Source: Nemertoderma westbladi (taxonomy: Eukaryota; Animalia; Xenacoelomorpha). From it: a stretch of DNA of 33,987 nucleotides. The notes under the pieces are model-generated. The model made no database searches, was not told where the DNA came from, and saw only the letters and a list, made by a program, of their open reading frames with translations. Positions 12,812 to 24,633 of the stretch are shown piece after piece. The translations under genes were made by a program, and so were the position numbers. Position 1 is the first letter of the stretch; the number at the start of each line of letters is the position of its first letter. The stretch lies in NCBI GenBank assembly GCA_032718475.1, contig JAUCBJ010000405.1:1-33987 (forward strand), written 5' to 3'.

Positions 12812-14016
12812 TGTTCGCGCTTTCAGACCTTTAGCAGTTTAACCTGCCAATTTTAGGTGTCCTCTTGTTTATAAATCGACTTTAGCCTATAACAATTATT
12901 TAATGCACATGAAGTAACATTAGCCGAAGCCAGTCTATGCGCGATCATTCACCCACAGTTAATGGAGACTGGATTCGGGTGCTTTGAAGTTATTGCGTTG
13001 CAGACCTACTGTATTATTCGATTGATCGTTACTATATAATCTCTGACAATATTATTCACTTTCGGGGAAATATTAACAGTTCCTTTAGGACGTGGCGCTT
13101 TAAGTATAAAAACAGAGTTATGACTTATACTAAACACAACGAGATGGCTACTGATTTTCGTAAATAGCGCATTCTTTAGGAGATGCTTTATTATCTGTCA
13201 CACTACTGCACACGACTTCACACTGTTTCACACTGATCTGCCGACCGTCACTGAATTTAACCATATATAAGGAGGATAGCAACTGACACATGTAGGGATT
13301 ATGAAATAGCATTTAATGCACACTAAAATCACTGTAATGTAAGTCGCAATTGCTACCGGTAACCGGTCCCTCTAACCTTTAGTAATCAAGAAGATTGGGG
13401 TTTTATGATTATTTATCGATATTCTCCAAATATAACAACATATCCATCAACATATAACCATTAATAACAGACAGTAAACAGAAGTAAAATAATGCGGTGA
13501 TAGTCAGCCAGTATCGGTAATACCGGTACCGCAGGTGCCAAGTGACCAGTTGTTATGGTTAGTTGCACAGTGCAGAAGGGCCAGGTGTTAATCAGATAAT
13601 AGATTTACGTTCTTATAATCAAAGCCGTCTACTGTTGGCCAAAGTCTGAAACTTCCAACACAGAAGTACAGAATAATTTCCAAGCAGTTGTTCTCGCTCA
13701 GAAAGGTAAACAAAAACCGTAATGCATTGCGCGGTTTTCCGTAGGCCTCTGTGCCAGATAAAATGAAAATCGCTCTGATTGGCCGAGCCTGAACAAAGAG
13801 AGGCTCCACGTGTACAGTAAACCAGCTGACAGATTTCGTCATCGGAGTTCCAGTCTTTTAGAGTATTAGGCGTATTGCGGCAGAAAATGGCTTGTTATGT
13901 CCGCTAAAACACCTACAGGGTACATTGCGGAGAAAATGGTTTGTTATGTCCGCTAAAACAACTAAACAGTTCATTGCAGAGAAAAATGACTGGTTATATC
14001 CGCAAAAGCTTTTACA
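12812..14016 (-). repeat. 3' LTR (1205 bp)
   Basis: TGTTCGC...TTTTACA; about 17 substitutions and one 10-bp indel relative to 26158-27352 (counted by eye). Confidence 0.96.
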
Positions 14017-14024
14017 CCGCTCCC
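14017..14024 (-). other. Short polypurine tract
   Basis: Minus strand reads GGGAGCGG immediately before the 3' LTR start TGTAAAAG, in the expected position. Confidence 0.6.
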
Positions 14025-14094
14025 AGAAAATGGGATTTAATTCTATAAAATATAAAAAATCACAGTTTCTAAAATATAAAAATACTCTAAACAG

Positions 14095-15644
14095 TTAGTC
14101 TTTCTTACGCGAACGGCGTTTACGCAGTTTTTTGAGGCTAGCAAGAGTCATTTTCTCTTTGGGGCGAGCCACTTTACTAGGAGGGCTATAACTCCTGGGT
14201 GAAGGGTGCAATACAATTGCATCAGAAGGTTTAGGGTTACGGTCGGTGTATCCGCCGGTCGAGGTACCCGGTTGATCGGTCTCAACCTCAGTGGAACGAG
14301 GTCGAACAACCTTGAGAGCGCGTTTTAAGACAGCAGCTCTTACTGGTCCCTGACGGGTCGTTTGCACGAGAGCGGTAGGTGGACCGTGTGTAGTGAGAAA
14401 TTTCCTCGGTTTGATGGTTCTTTCCGACTCGCGTTCTCGGGCTCTGTTGAAATCAATATGCTTCTCCTCGAGCTGATTTTCCTCCGCTTGTCGTTGGAAG
14501 CATTCGTCCAAAACTCTTGCAGAGAGTAGGGTCGTCCAAGTTCGATATCTTCTTAGAGATTCCGGATTTCCCGAACGAACTGAGATAAAGCTAATTCGTT
14601 TACCGCTTGGATTTGCTGCTACAATTTACGTTTCTCTGAACAATCGTAGGTTCCTTTTCCGATCTTTTGTTGAATAGTGTCTAACGCATTTCGTACAACT
14701 CTCTCCTCCACCTCGGTGACGACAGGTTGTATCGGGGTTAAACCGGGATGATTATACGGGTTGAACGGCGAGATTAAATGTCCGCGTCCCAATCCGGCTA
14801 GGTAGGATGGGCGAATATCTAGGGAGCCCACAACCGGAGTGCCACCGACTAATTGTTCGGGTAACACTAGATCTTTGAACAATGAGTACAGTTCAGGAGG
14901 ATCCGTCATACTATTAGGATCAAGAGTCTGAGGTCTCACCAGGGAATGAGGAGGTCTGACCGAGCATTCCGGAACTCTGATCATCGGTTTATTTAAGGAT
15001 CGTTTGAGTCGAGCGAGCGTAGGTGATACATCGAACAAGTTTCGCTCGAAACTCCCATAAATATAGCGAGTAAAACTGTGTTTAGCGCAACATCCCCGCG
15101 GATGTTTATGTCTTTCCGTGTGTTAGTTGGGTCTAGGGCATTCATCATAATAATACCAAAGACGCATGTCTTGTAGGGGAAACGCGGGTGATCTTTCTCC
15201 AGTTTTACAATGTCTCTCTCAAGAATTCCAAACATACGTTGAAGTCACTGCGTTTATCCGGTTCTTTAACGTCTTCTTTTTCGAGTCGGTTTCGAATAGA
15301 ATTTTCATGTTCGATTCTCAGTTTATCATTCCGACTCCGCTGGGTATGATATTTAAATAGAATATTTCCCTTTCGGTGTCTACATCGTCCATATCGTGTA
15401 AATCGATAGGATGACCAGTAGTTAAGAAGTCCATATACGTACCATTACGATGCGTATAGCGAGCGGTGAATTTGCTATAGTCCAATTCACGCTGTTCCTT
15501 TGACATTAGTGGTTAAATATAACGGCCATCGTCCTCCATAGTAGTTGGACTAGCGTCGCCACGTATTAAGCTATCAACAAACGCTTGCAATGGTAGGGTA
15601 TATCGCTCCCTGATACCAAGATCATCTTCTATCAACTCAGTCAT
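14095..15644 (-). pseudogene. Degenerate extra ORF3 (~510 codons), unknown function, basic C-terminal tail
   Basis: From ATG at 15644, fragments 15318-15506, 14993-15235, 14619-15038 and 14095-14511 join through a few stops and frameshifts. It has higher GC than the flanking spacer and ends in KKLRKRRSRKKD. Confidence 0.65.
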
Positions 15645-16454
15645 AGCTGCTATATGAGTTTATCGATATTATAATTAATTATAATTTAGGCTAGCGGTCG
15701 TTGCTGCCTCCCCCTTAATGCCCCCGGACAGCGCAAGCTCCTCAGCGCTGATGTACTGTCGCCGCTGTGTCTATCGCCAATGTAGTAGCTGCACAACGAC
15801 AACAACAACCAGCGTGAGTCACTCCACTGTCCGTCCCAAGGGCTTAGATTTACTTCAGGTTCTTACTGCAGAGGTAGGGCTACTTTCACAACTGCGACTC
15901 GCTACTGTAAACACACTTTAGTAGTAACATTCACCTATAAACGCACAAATTCCACACAACTGTCACAAATCGCACACATTCGGGCCATTTGTCCGTTAGT
16001 CAAGTGCCTTCCAGAATGCCACGTTATTATTATGTATCCCTAGATACTAGCAGTGCGCTATTTATGCCGTATGCTATTCAATGGGGCAAGCTTTTTATTG
16101 TTCTTTTAACTCACTTCTAATTCTAGCGTGGTTGTTGCCATGGTGACATTATGGAAAGCTAGCAGTAGAATTAGGGTAATTCTCATGCATACAGATCTGG
16201 GATGCTATTTAATAGTAATTCTTTAATTGTCAATGTTCCCCTTTATACATGATTTTATGAATTTTATCGGCTATTGACTATATATTGGAGATTCTCTCAC
16301 GCTAATATACTTAATAGGGTGAATCTCCGCTCCCATGATCAATTAATTAATGGAATTTTGGGAATGTTATAAATTATATAAAATGACAATTTATCAAATT
16401 CATGAGAGGATATGAATTTAAATTTATTCCCGTAAATTTTATTATTTAATATTA

Positions 16455-16850
16455 AAATAGACACAATTTTATTCCAGAACATGTCTGGGGACTGAGATCC
16501 TTGATTCTAGGAAATTTGTCCTTTTAAGAGTATCGGTAAGTGCTACGATATCTTAATCGACTAGAATTTTTAAAGGATCTAAATTTTAACAGATTTTGAT
16601 TTATAGATTTTCTTGGTTTACAAACGCCTTAGAGTTTATTTATATGCATTTACTCTATTATAACATTTGTTTTAATAGATTTTTATAAATATTAACTATT
16701 TAATATTTAAGATGGGCACCGATTTATTCCAGAACATGTCTGGGGACGTTAACCACTGATTCTAGAATTTTGTCTTTCAAGTATATCGGTGGGTGCCGCG
16801 ATATCTTAATCGACTAGAATTACAGATGGTCAAAGGGTTTAACAGATTTA
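16455..16850. repeat. Diverged direct duplication (~140 bp, ~259-bp period) in the pol-ORF3 spacer
   Basis: TTTATTCCAGAACATGTCTGGGGAC...ATATCTTAATCGACTAGAATT occurs at ~16468 and ~16723. Confidence 0.85.
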
Positions 16851-17352
16851 TTTTGCGTTTTACGCTACTGTTAAAGGGACATCACGCTACTATATGTATT
16901 ATTTAATATACGGTATGAGAGCAATATCGCACGAAGCAATGTCAGTGTGAAGAGGCAAGTCGTTTCCAAGGTCTACCCAGAGCTTGGTTTAGCCGAGACA
17001 CGAGGATCTGAACTTTGCATTCCTAATACTCTACTTACCAATAATACTTGAGTATAGTAGGAGCTTTATTGTACTTTAATAAGTACGGACATTTCATCTT
17101 ACTGTAGTCACGCATTTATAATATGATACGGACAGTAAGGAAAGAGAAAAGAATTATTTCTCGCCGTTACGCTAAATATATATAATATAAGTAATTAAGT
17201 GATAAACGCGAATATATATTGCACTAATTCTACTAAATAATCGCTAAAATAACATTCTACTAAATAAAATTAAAGAAAACGATTATTATAAAATTACATA
17301 ATAATACGTACATAAATATAAAAATAATAAAAACAAATATAAAATAATATAG

Positions 17353-20300
17353 TCACACACCCACTCCAAATGCTATTACGTTGGGCCTAGATGTTTGTTG
17401 GATTGGGGAGGTGGTCGTGGGAAGAGTATCTTGCCTTCCATAGTTTCCGGACAGTTCTTGGTCTCTTTCCAGTAAACATAAACGACCAACTGGGCGATTG
17501 AGTTGTTGTGTTTCGAATACAATTCCAGGTTTCCTCTTCGTCCTGGAATAGTGACGATGGAAACATCGCTTCAAATACACGACGGCCTTACAAAGCCGAT
17601 TCCAGGAGTTATAGTGATTTATCGCTCTCTGCAGGAGAGGTGAGAGTCCCTGCGAGACGTATGGTGTTCCAGATTTCCAGTCCCTTTCTCTAATTTCCAC
17701 GACAGATTTATTTGTGGCGGGGGAGTTTAGATCCACAGCGTCGTCCCTGGAAATGTGTAGTACAGACAGATCTATCACGGGTTTAAATAACTTTGATTTA
17801 CTCGTCCGGGTTTTAGGTTTGACTTTCTCCGCTCCCCTGGCTTGTCTAATCTCAGCCGTGGTAAGATGAGGAGGCCATTCATCTTCTTCTTTACTTAGGA
17901 AGTCGGGTCCACCTAACCAGTCCGGAGTATCTATCAGGTCTTGAGGAGTTGCTCCTCTGGAGGCGATGTCGGCTGGATTAATCGTCCCAGGGCAATGTCG
18001 CCATTGATCTACCTTAGTGCGACTAAGTATAATGGCTACTCTGTTGGTAACGAAGATGCTGAACTGACAGACTTCATTGGTTATATACTCCAAAACGAGT
18101 AAAGCATCAGTCCAATAGACAGTTTTCTCCAGTGGATAGTCGATCTGTTCTGTGACATTCCGGCCGATGGCTGTAGCGTATAGAGCTGCCTTTAACACCG
18201 CTCGAGGAACTCGTAGCTTGTTGTTTATCAAGGCCTTAGAAGTAACCAAGGCAACTTTAATTCCATCCGGAGTTTCAACCCTCAGGTAGGCTACTATACC
18301 TATTCCCATATCGCTGGCGTCTCCAAACACATGGAGTTGATAGGAATACGTGGGGAGAACATGACCAAAATATGAACGGGAAATCGTAAAGTTCTTGATG
18401 GATGGTAGAGAATCTTCCCATTTCATCCACTTCTTTAGTGTTCTCCCTTAAGTGGATCGTCCCACGAGTGGTTTTCAAGCCACATTTGTTGCACTAAGCT
18501 CCGAGCAACCAATATAACTGGGCTAATAAATCCCAATGGATCGAAATAAGTGCTCAGGATACTTAGACAAATCCGTTTAGTTCGAATTGGATTATCTCAC
18601 TGTTTTAGCTGGAAAAACAGGATATCTCTCTCTGTGTCCCATTTCAAACCAAGCGTCTTGGTTTCTGGAAGATCGTCCTTGATTAGGTCCAGGTCTTTAA
18701 CTCTTCGGTCTTCTACCGGGATCGATTCCAGAAACTCACGGGAGTTACTTGTGAATTTAGTTAGTCGAAATCCACCACGTTTCAAACACTCTACCGTTCC
18801 CTTTGCAACATCAATGGCTTCTTCCACCGATGGGAGGGACTTTAAATTATCGTCCATGTATATATCCCGTTTGATGTTGTCGATAACCGCTTTAGAGAAG
18901 GCGTCTCGGTTGTCATCAGCAGTGGTGCGCACTACTGAACAGGCGTTCGAGGGGCTCGAGATGATCCCGAAAGCCTGGATGGTCATCCAGTACTCCACCG
19001 GTTTTTGGTTGAGGTCTCCTTCAGGCCACCACAGAAATCGTAGGCTGTCTCGATCCCTATCCAGCGCCTTAACTTGTAAGAACATGCCTTCTATATCCGA
19101 GGCGAAGGCGATCAAATATTGCCGTAATCTTAGTATTCCCAACAAGGATTGGAGTAAGTTGGGTCCTGGCAACAACTCAGAGTTAAGGGATTGGCCCATG
19201 TAAAGGGCAGAGCCATCAAATACTACCCGGACTTCGTTGGGTTTACCGGGTTTGGGAACGTAATGATGGGTTAGATAATACGTTCTCTCAGTTATGGGTG
19301 TTTCTTCCAGTACTCGCTCCGCGTATCGCTTATCGATGAATTTCTTCAGCTGGGTCTTGTACATCTCCTTAGCTGAAGCATTTGCTGTAAGGCGCCGATG
19401 TAGTTGCGCGATTCTCTTCTCCGCCAAGGGTCGGTTATTTATAAAGTTGGGTTCTCGCCTTCGGAATGGCAGACCAATCTCATACCTACCTTAATCTCTA
19501 AGGAAACGTGTAGTCGTTTCCTGGATCTGCTTGGATCTTTCCTCCTCGACCGATAGTGCTTTGTCGTAGGAATTAGGCTCTACAGCTTCTTGAGTAAAGA
19601 ACCGTACGGCGTGTTCGTCGCGAATCTTAGCGTTGTGTCGATCTATCACCTATATAGCTCGTCGTTGTAGTCAAGTTGTCCACCATGATGTATGAGATGG
19701 CAAAGGTGCACTTGGTTTCTCCAAGCTTCACTTTCAGTGAGGAGGTCGATTGTATTTTCCTCGTCAAATAGTTGGGTAATATCGTCGTTATCTGAGGAGT
19801 ATGGTGTTCCCTCAGGTGTGATCTCTCCCTCACTGATTTCTTCTTCCCATTCACTCACCTGATGTATTTGTTCACTGGGTAATCTTTCCATGAGCGTTCT
19901 ACGGGAAGGTCCAGTGAAGTAACAACCTACTCTAGTTCTTCCCTAGTTCTCTAGTTCTTACGTTTGCAATGGTTGCGGTCGAGCAGGTCGTTTCTCTAAT
20001 GTCTCAAGCGCCTCATGCGCATTTTGGCCGATTAATATTTGCACCCCTGGGTAGTCGGTGTTGAATCTAGGGATATTATGTTGCTGGGTAAAATCATCCT
20101 CATCCCAGTTGTAAGGTTCTACTTGACTGGTAGCAAAGTTCTTTATCGCCACCATTTTTACTGACCTTATGCTATGTTCTCCTAGTTCATCCTGGGGGTG
20201 GACAACGCGCCTACATAGTAGTCTGTAGCTACTGTAGATTTCCAAACCTGCATAATTCCTGAAAGGTTCAACTTAGTTCGGAACTTGGGTTGTCCTGCAA

Positions 20301-20420
20301 AGATGTCTTCGGCTAGTTCTTTGTCGATGAATGTTCCTGTGCTGCCGGAGTCCAGGAGGGTGTTGACTATAAAACTCTTACCTAATCCGTGGACTCTTAG
20401 CTGAACTACGGGGAATTCCC
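17353..20420 (-). pseudogene. pol: BEL/Pao pol: aspartic protease, RT, RNase H; integrase absent
   Basis: Protease LLDSGS (~20340-20360). RT YLTHH, RVVFDGS, LLPGPNL, DIEGMFLQV, LRFLW, YMDD (18849-18860). FDPLG, then RNase H LHVFGDAS, YWTDA, FVTNRV, WRHCPGTINPADIASRG, WLGGPDFL. Several stops and frameshifts. Confidence 0.93.
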
Positions 20421-23400
20421 GGATTCCGACGTTGGAAGTTGGCGCTTTCCAAGATGGTTGTCGGTCAGGAATAACCGGGTGCGCTTCGTTATCGGTTTCA
20501 GTCTCATACGTAAGCGCTCGGTACACCGCGGTGTTTATCAGATAACAGGATTCATTTTCGTCGGAGAATTCGTCCGTGTAAAATCCTTCCATCTCAGAGC
20601 TGTGGTCAGTGTTGTTCACATCACTGAATTGGACATGTAGTTCGGACTCACTTACCTGACTTGGGCTGTTTCTTTCAAATTCGGTGCGCAGCAAGATATG
20701 ATGTTTCGCGCCGCACTTAGCACACCTCGCGTCGGAGTAACAGGTTCGACGTTGGTGTCCTTGTCTGAGACAATTATAACACAACCGCTTATCCCACATG
20801 ACTTCGCGTCTATCCTTTAAGGATTTCTTTAAGAATTCATCACACACACTTAAACGATGGGGCCCGTCGCACAATGCACATTTTGGTTTGATGTTACTTA
20901 CTTTACATTGGGTAGTGTTGTGCACACTCGTTCTTTCCTCGGGCTTTCTTCCATGAATTCTCTTAGGAGACGTAGGAGGAGTTTTTGTTACCTGTTCTCT
21001 CCTGTCACTGGTTCGAGACTTAAATTTACTTACGTCTTTAGGTGCTTTGTTGACATAGTAAGATCTTTTGGTGTCTTTCCCGCTGTTCTCCTCTTGAGAG
21101 GTTTGGCTTTCGCCATCGTCTGTATAACACACTGGTGTTACCTTTCTCCTAGAAATGGGTTTTTCACTCACCTTATTTTCTGGTGTCTTCTCTCGGGACT
21201 CCTTTAGGAGCTGTAATTTTACTTCTCCATCTAAGAATGACATGAGATCAGCCATGGTAGGGTCTCTTTGTTGTTGTTCCATCATATATAGAAGTCTTTT
21301 GTCCCAACGAGTACCTACTCCACCCTTTGGCAAGGTAGATGCTACAGCTCTAATAACCATAGAACTCTGATATTCATGAGACTTACCTAGCCAATCTAAT
21401 TGTCTACAGATCTCCTGGATCTCATCGGAAAATTCTAAAATCCCGCTGCTAAGAAACTTTCGGGGCGCTACCAATTTCGCATACAAATACCTAGCTATGT
21501 TAGTCCTATTACCATACCTGATGTTTAGTGTATCCCAAACTTGTCTTAATCCATCTGGATGTCCAATAAACTTTAACGCTATTAACTTGGGAGATCCTTC
21601 CAAGCACTAGATGAGGAATCTAAGTTTCTCTCCGTTAGATAGCACAGAGTTCTGTATGTTATCTTTATAATATTCATTAAAAGGTAACCATTTCATCTCA
21701 TCTCCGTTGAACTTGACGATCTCTCCCACCTTTACCGCTTGACGGGCTTCGGTTCTAGCCATTTGACGCGTAAAACTTTCTTGGGCCATCGTATTATTTA
21801 ATATCGAGTTATCGGTATATAAATTTCTCGGATTATGATCAGGTCTATATGGAATATCATTATCAACAGGTTTATAATTACCCTTAATAGGGTTTACTAT
21901 AGGAGTTTCTACTTCACTAGCAGTATAGATGCGTGTAGGCTCCACACCTTGCGCATGAAATACTTCAGACCTAACAGGTTGACACATTGTTACAGGGGGT
22001 GGTGGTATACCCCTTTGTATATTTACTAGTTTATCGCGTTCTAACGCGATACTCTGCTGCACTTCTTGCAGTTCTAACCTACCCTCTCTTAATGTTCCCT
22101 TTAACTGCTGCACAGTCCCTTCCATTTCTCAGAAGTGCTGGGAGGAACGTAATCGATTTTCCTCCAATTGTCCGAGCAGGAGATCCATTCCCCGCCATCG
22201 CTCATCCACCCCCTCTACCGCCGAAGCGGGAGCCGCCAACATAGTAGCGGGTAGACGAGGGACGACGGGCGACAAATCATTGATGTCTCGCTCGGCGTCC
22301 ATGACTGGGACAGATTCAGTGGCCATTCAACTGGGCACAGGTAGTTTAGTACTGTGCAAAGGGAATTTAGAGTTAGGTTCTGGAAGTACAGGGGTCTCTA
22401 TCACAGAGGGAGTGGCTTCGAGAACAGGCCTAATTATTTCAGGCTCATCTACTATAGTAGGGAGTCTTTCTACTCTAATAATTTGGTCTGTGGGTTCTGT
22501 ACTACCTAAGTCTACACTAACTAGTTGCCTTCTCACAGCTGGGGGCAAATTAGGCAATTTCTGACGGTGGGGCGTTCTTCTACGTCTGCTGGAACGAGAT
22601 CTATTTCCTCCACCTTCAGGATCTGTTGTATCACCTTCATCAGATGATGTAAATCCCTGTCTCTTGGGAGTAGATCGACTTAGCAGCTGCATCTGAGTAG
22701 CTGTTTATTCACGTAACCTTGCTTCACTTGAAGATTTTCCATCTCTAGTTGGGCTGTCTCTTCAGATGCCTTCCGTTCTGCTTCTACCACTGCCTCTGCC
22801 GCTTTTCTTTCAGCTTCTGCCGCTGCTACCTTTCTTTCAGCTTCTGCCTCTGCCGCTGCCATTGCCGCTGCCGCTTTTCTTTCCGCTTCTGCTGCTGCCG
22901 CTGCCGTTGCCACTTTTCTTTCAGCCTCTGCCGCTGCAGCTGCTGTTGCCGTTGCCGCTTTTCTTTCAGCCTCTGCCGCTGCCACTTTTCTTTCAGCCTC
23001 TGCCGCTGCCGCTGCAGCTGCCGCTGCCGCTTTTCTTTCAACTTCTGCTGCTGCCGCTGCTGCTGCCTTTCTGTCTTCTATCCGTTTTTTCTTTAATTGT
23101 TCTTCCTGTTCCCTAGCGATGAGGATGCTTTCATCAAATTTAGCCTGCTCTGCAGCTAACATTTCCGCATCTAATGCGTCTAACACAAATTTGGCTCCCT
23201 CACTATTAGGGTGAAGTCCAGCTAGCCGTCTCCTCAACTCTTTGTTACCTATAAATCGTTGATAGTCCGACAGATAGATGTCAATAGCGTCCTTCTTCTG
23301 AGGTTTCTCTGATGTAACATCGCTTTCCACCTGAGAAAAGGTAGCGTCTGTTGATTCTCCATGGGTTGAGCGCTCAGTTAGCTGAATTTTCCATTGGGTT

Positions 23401-24244
23401 GTTCCTTGGACTTTAAGACTCACCTGTTGGAACCAAGTCTTTACGGCGACTTGCAACGACGTGTCTTGGCTTCTCTTCGAGGCTTCCTCAAAGGCTGAAA
23501 GGATTAGTCTGATTCTTAGAATTCGTTCTCGAACTTGATAAAGCAGCTCTCCCTGCTCTTAAGGTCCCTGGGGTTGTTGGAACAGTTGTTCCTCTAATCG
23601 CTCCAAAGAGCTGAAGAATCCCTGTACATATCCGGCTGCCGACCTCTTCCACACAGCTAGATCTCTAGTGTCCTTTACCACTCCCATCCTGTATAAGTCC
23701 TCCCAGGCAGCTTCCGATAAGTTAAACGGGAGTCCGGGTCCGGGGAAGTTCCATTGCGTCTCGACAATAGACTTCAGTTCCTCCTTCGTGTATCCCGCAT
23801 AACTGTCCTTGGTCGATTGCTTACTTCTCGCCCAATCGATTTGATGTTCCTCCACCGCAATCAATACTCTAGTGAGTACGGCTTCAGGAAGAATGAGAAG
23901 TGGATCCGAATAAACCACTTCTGCCATCTTTGCTCCGCGCTCGGGTGTCAACTCTACAGTATCTGAACTACTGGAGCTATCGGGCCCCTGAGAAATAAGT
24001 TCTCTGTTCTGGTGTTGCTGCTGTTTAACAGCTGCCTCTTGGTCCCACTTGACTTGAGCCCGAGTGCCTATGATAGACCTACGATGCTTTACTAGCCTAG
24101 GATCTGATACTACTACTGGAGGGATGACCCCCTTACAGTAGGAGGGGACTTGAACTTCGGTCTCAGATGTTCCGCACTCCTATCTGAATCACAGACTGTT
24201 GTTTCTAGGAGACTATCTGACAGAGTTTGCTTTGTGTCAGCCAT
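20421..24244 (-). pseudogene. gag: BEL/Pao gag with long N-terminal extension and three zinc knuckles
   Basis: Probable ATG at 24244; fragments linked by in-frame stops (23559, 22327, 22129, 21607) and frameshifts. KFNGD..KW..F capsid-like (DUF1759-type) start; knuckles CALCDGPHRLSVC, CYNCLRQGHQRRTC and CAKCGAKHH. Confidence 0.88.
22770..23070 (-). repeat. Coding minisatellite encoding (A)nEAERK repeats in Gag
   Basis: About 9 copies of AAAEAERK variants in ORF 22680-23456. Confidence 0.9.
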
Positions 24245-24377
24245 GTTTGATTGTACAGTTGAATGCCTACTACTATAACGACAGTTAAAGCAAGTCTAGT
24301 AATTCAGTATCAACTGTAAGCCTAGTAATTAATTACCGATATCGTTACTCAATGTAACGCTATATATATAATATATT

Positions 24378-24633
24378 AGAATACCGGTATACACTTATAG
24401 TATATATAAGTATTATTACAGACTAGGATTTGTCACAGAATACCGGTATATAATTTCAGCATAAATTTATATAAATATATATAATAGGCCTACCGTAAAT
24501 ACCGGTATACAGCATACACTTCTAGTATATATAAGTATGATTATAGACTAGGATTAATTACAGAATACCGGTATATAATTTCAGCTTAAATTTATAGAAA
24601 TAAATATAATAAGCCTATCGTAAATACCGGTAT
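24378..24633. repeat. Tandem ~120-125-bp duplication in the 5' leader with five ATACCGGTAT palindromes
   Basis: The palindrome recurs about every 60 bp (24381, 24440, 24499, 24565, 24624). Confidence 0.85.

Noticed and set aside
13588-13842. 84-aa ORF duplicated at 26924-27178
   Set aside because: It is duplicated only because it lies in the LTR. The differences between copies include missense changes and there is no recognisable domain.
14095-17352. env gene or displaced integrase in the 3' region
   Set aside because: No signal peptide, transmembrane anchor, HHCC or DDE motifs are visible.
18550-23116. Plus-strand ORFs overlapping gag/pol, including Cys-rich and Leu/Pro-rich ones
   Set aside because: These are antisense shadows of coding sequence and of the Ala-repeat minisatellite.
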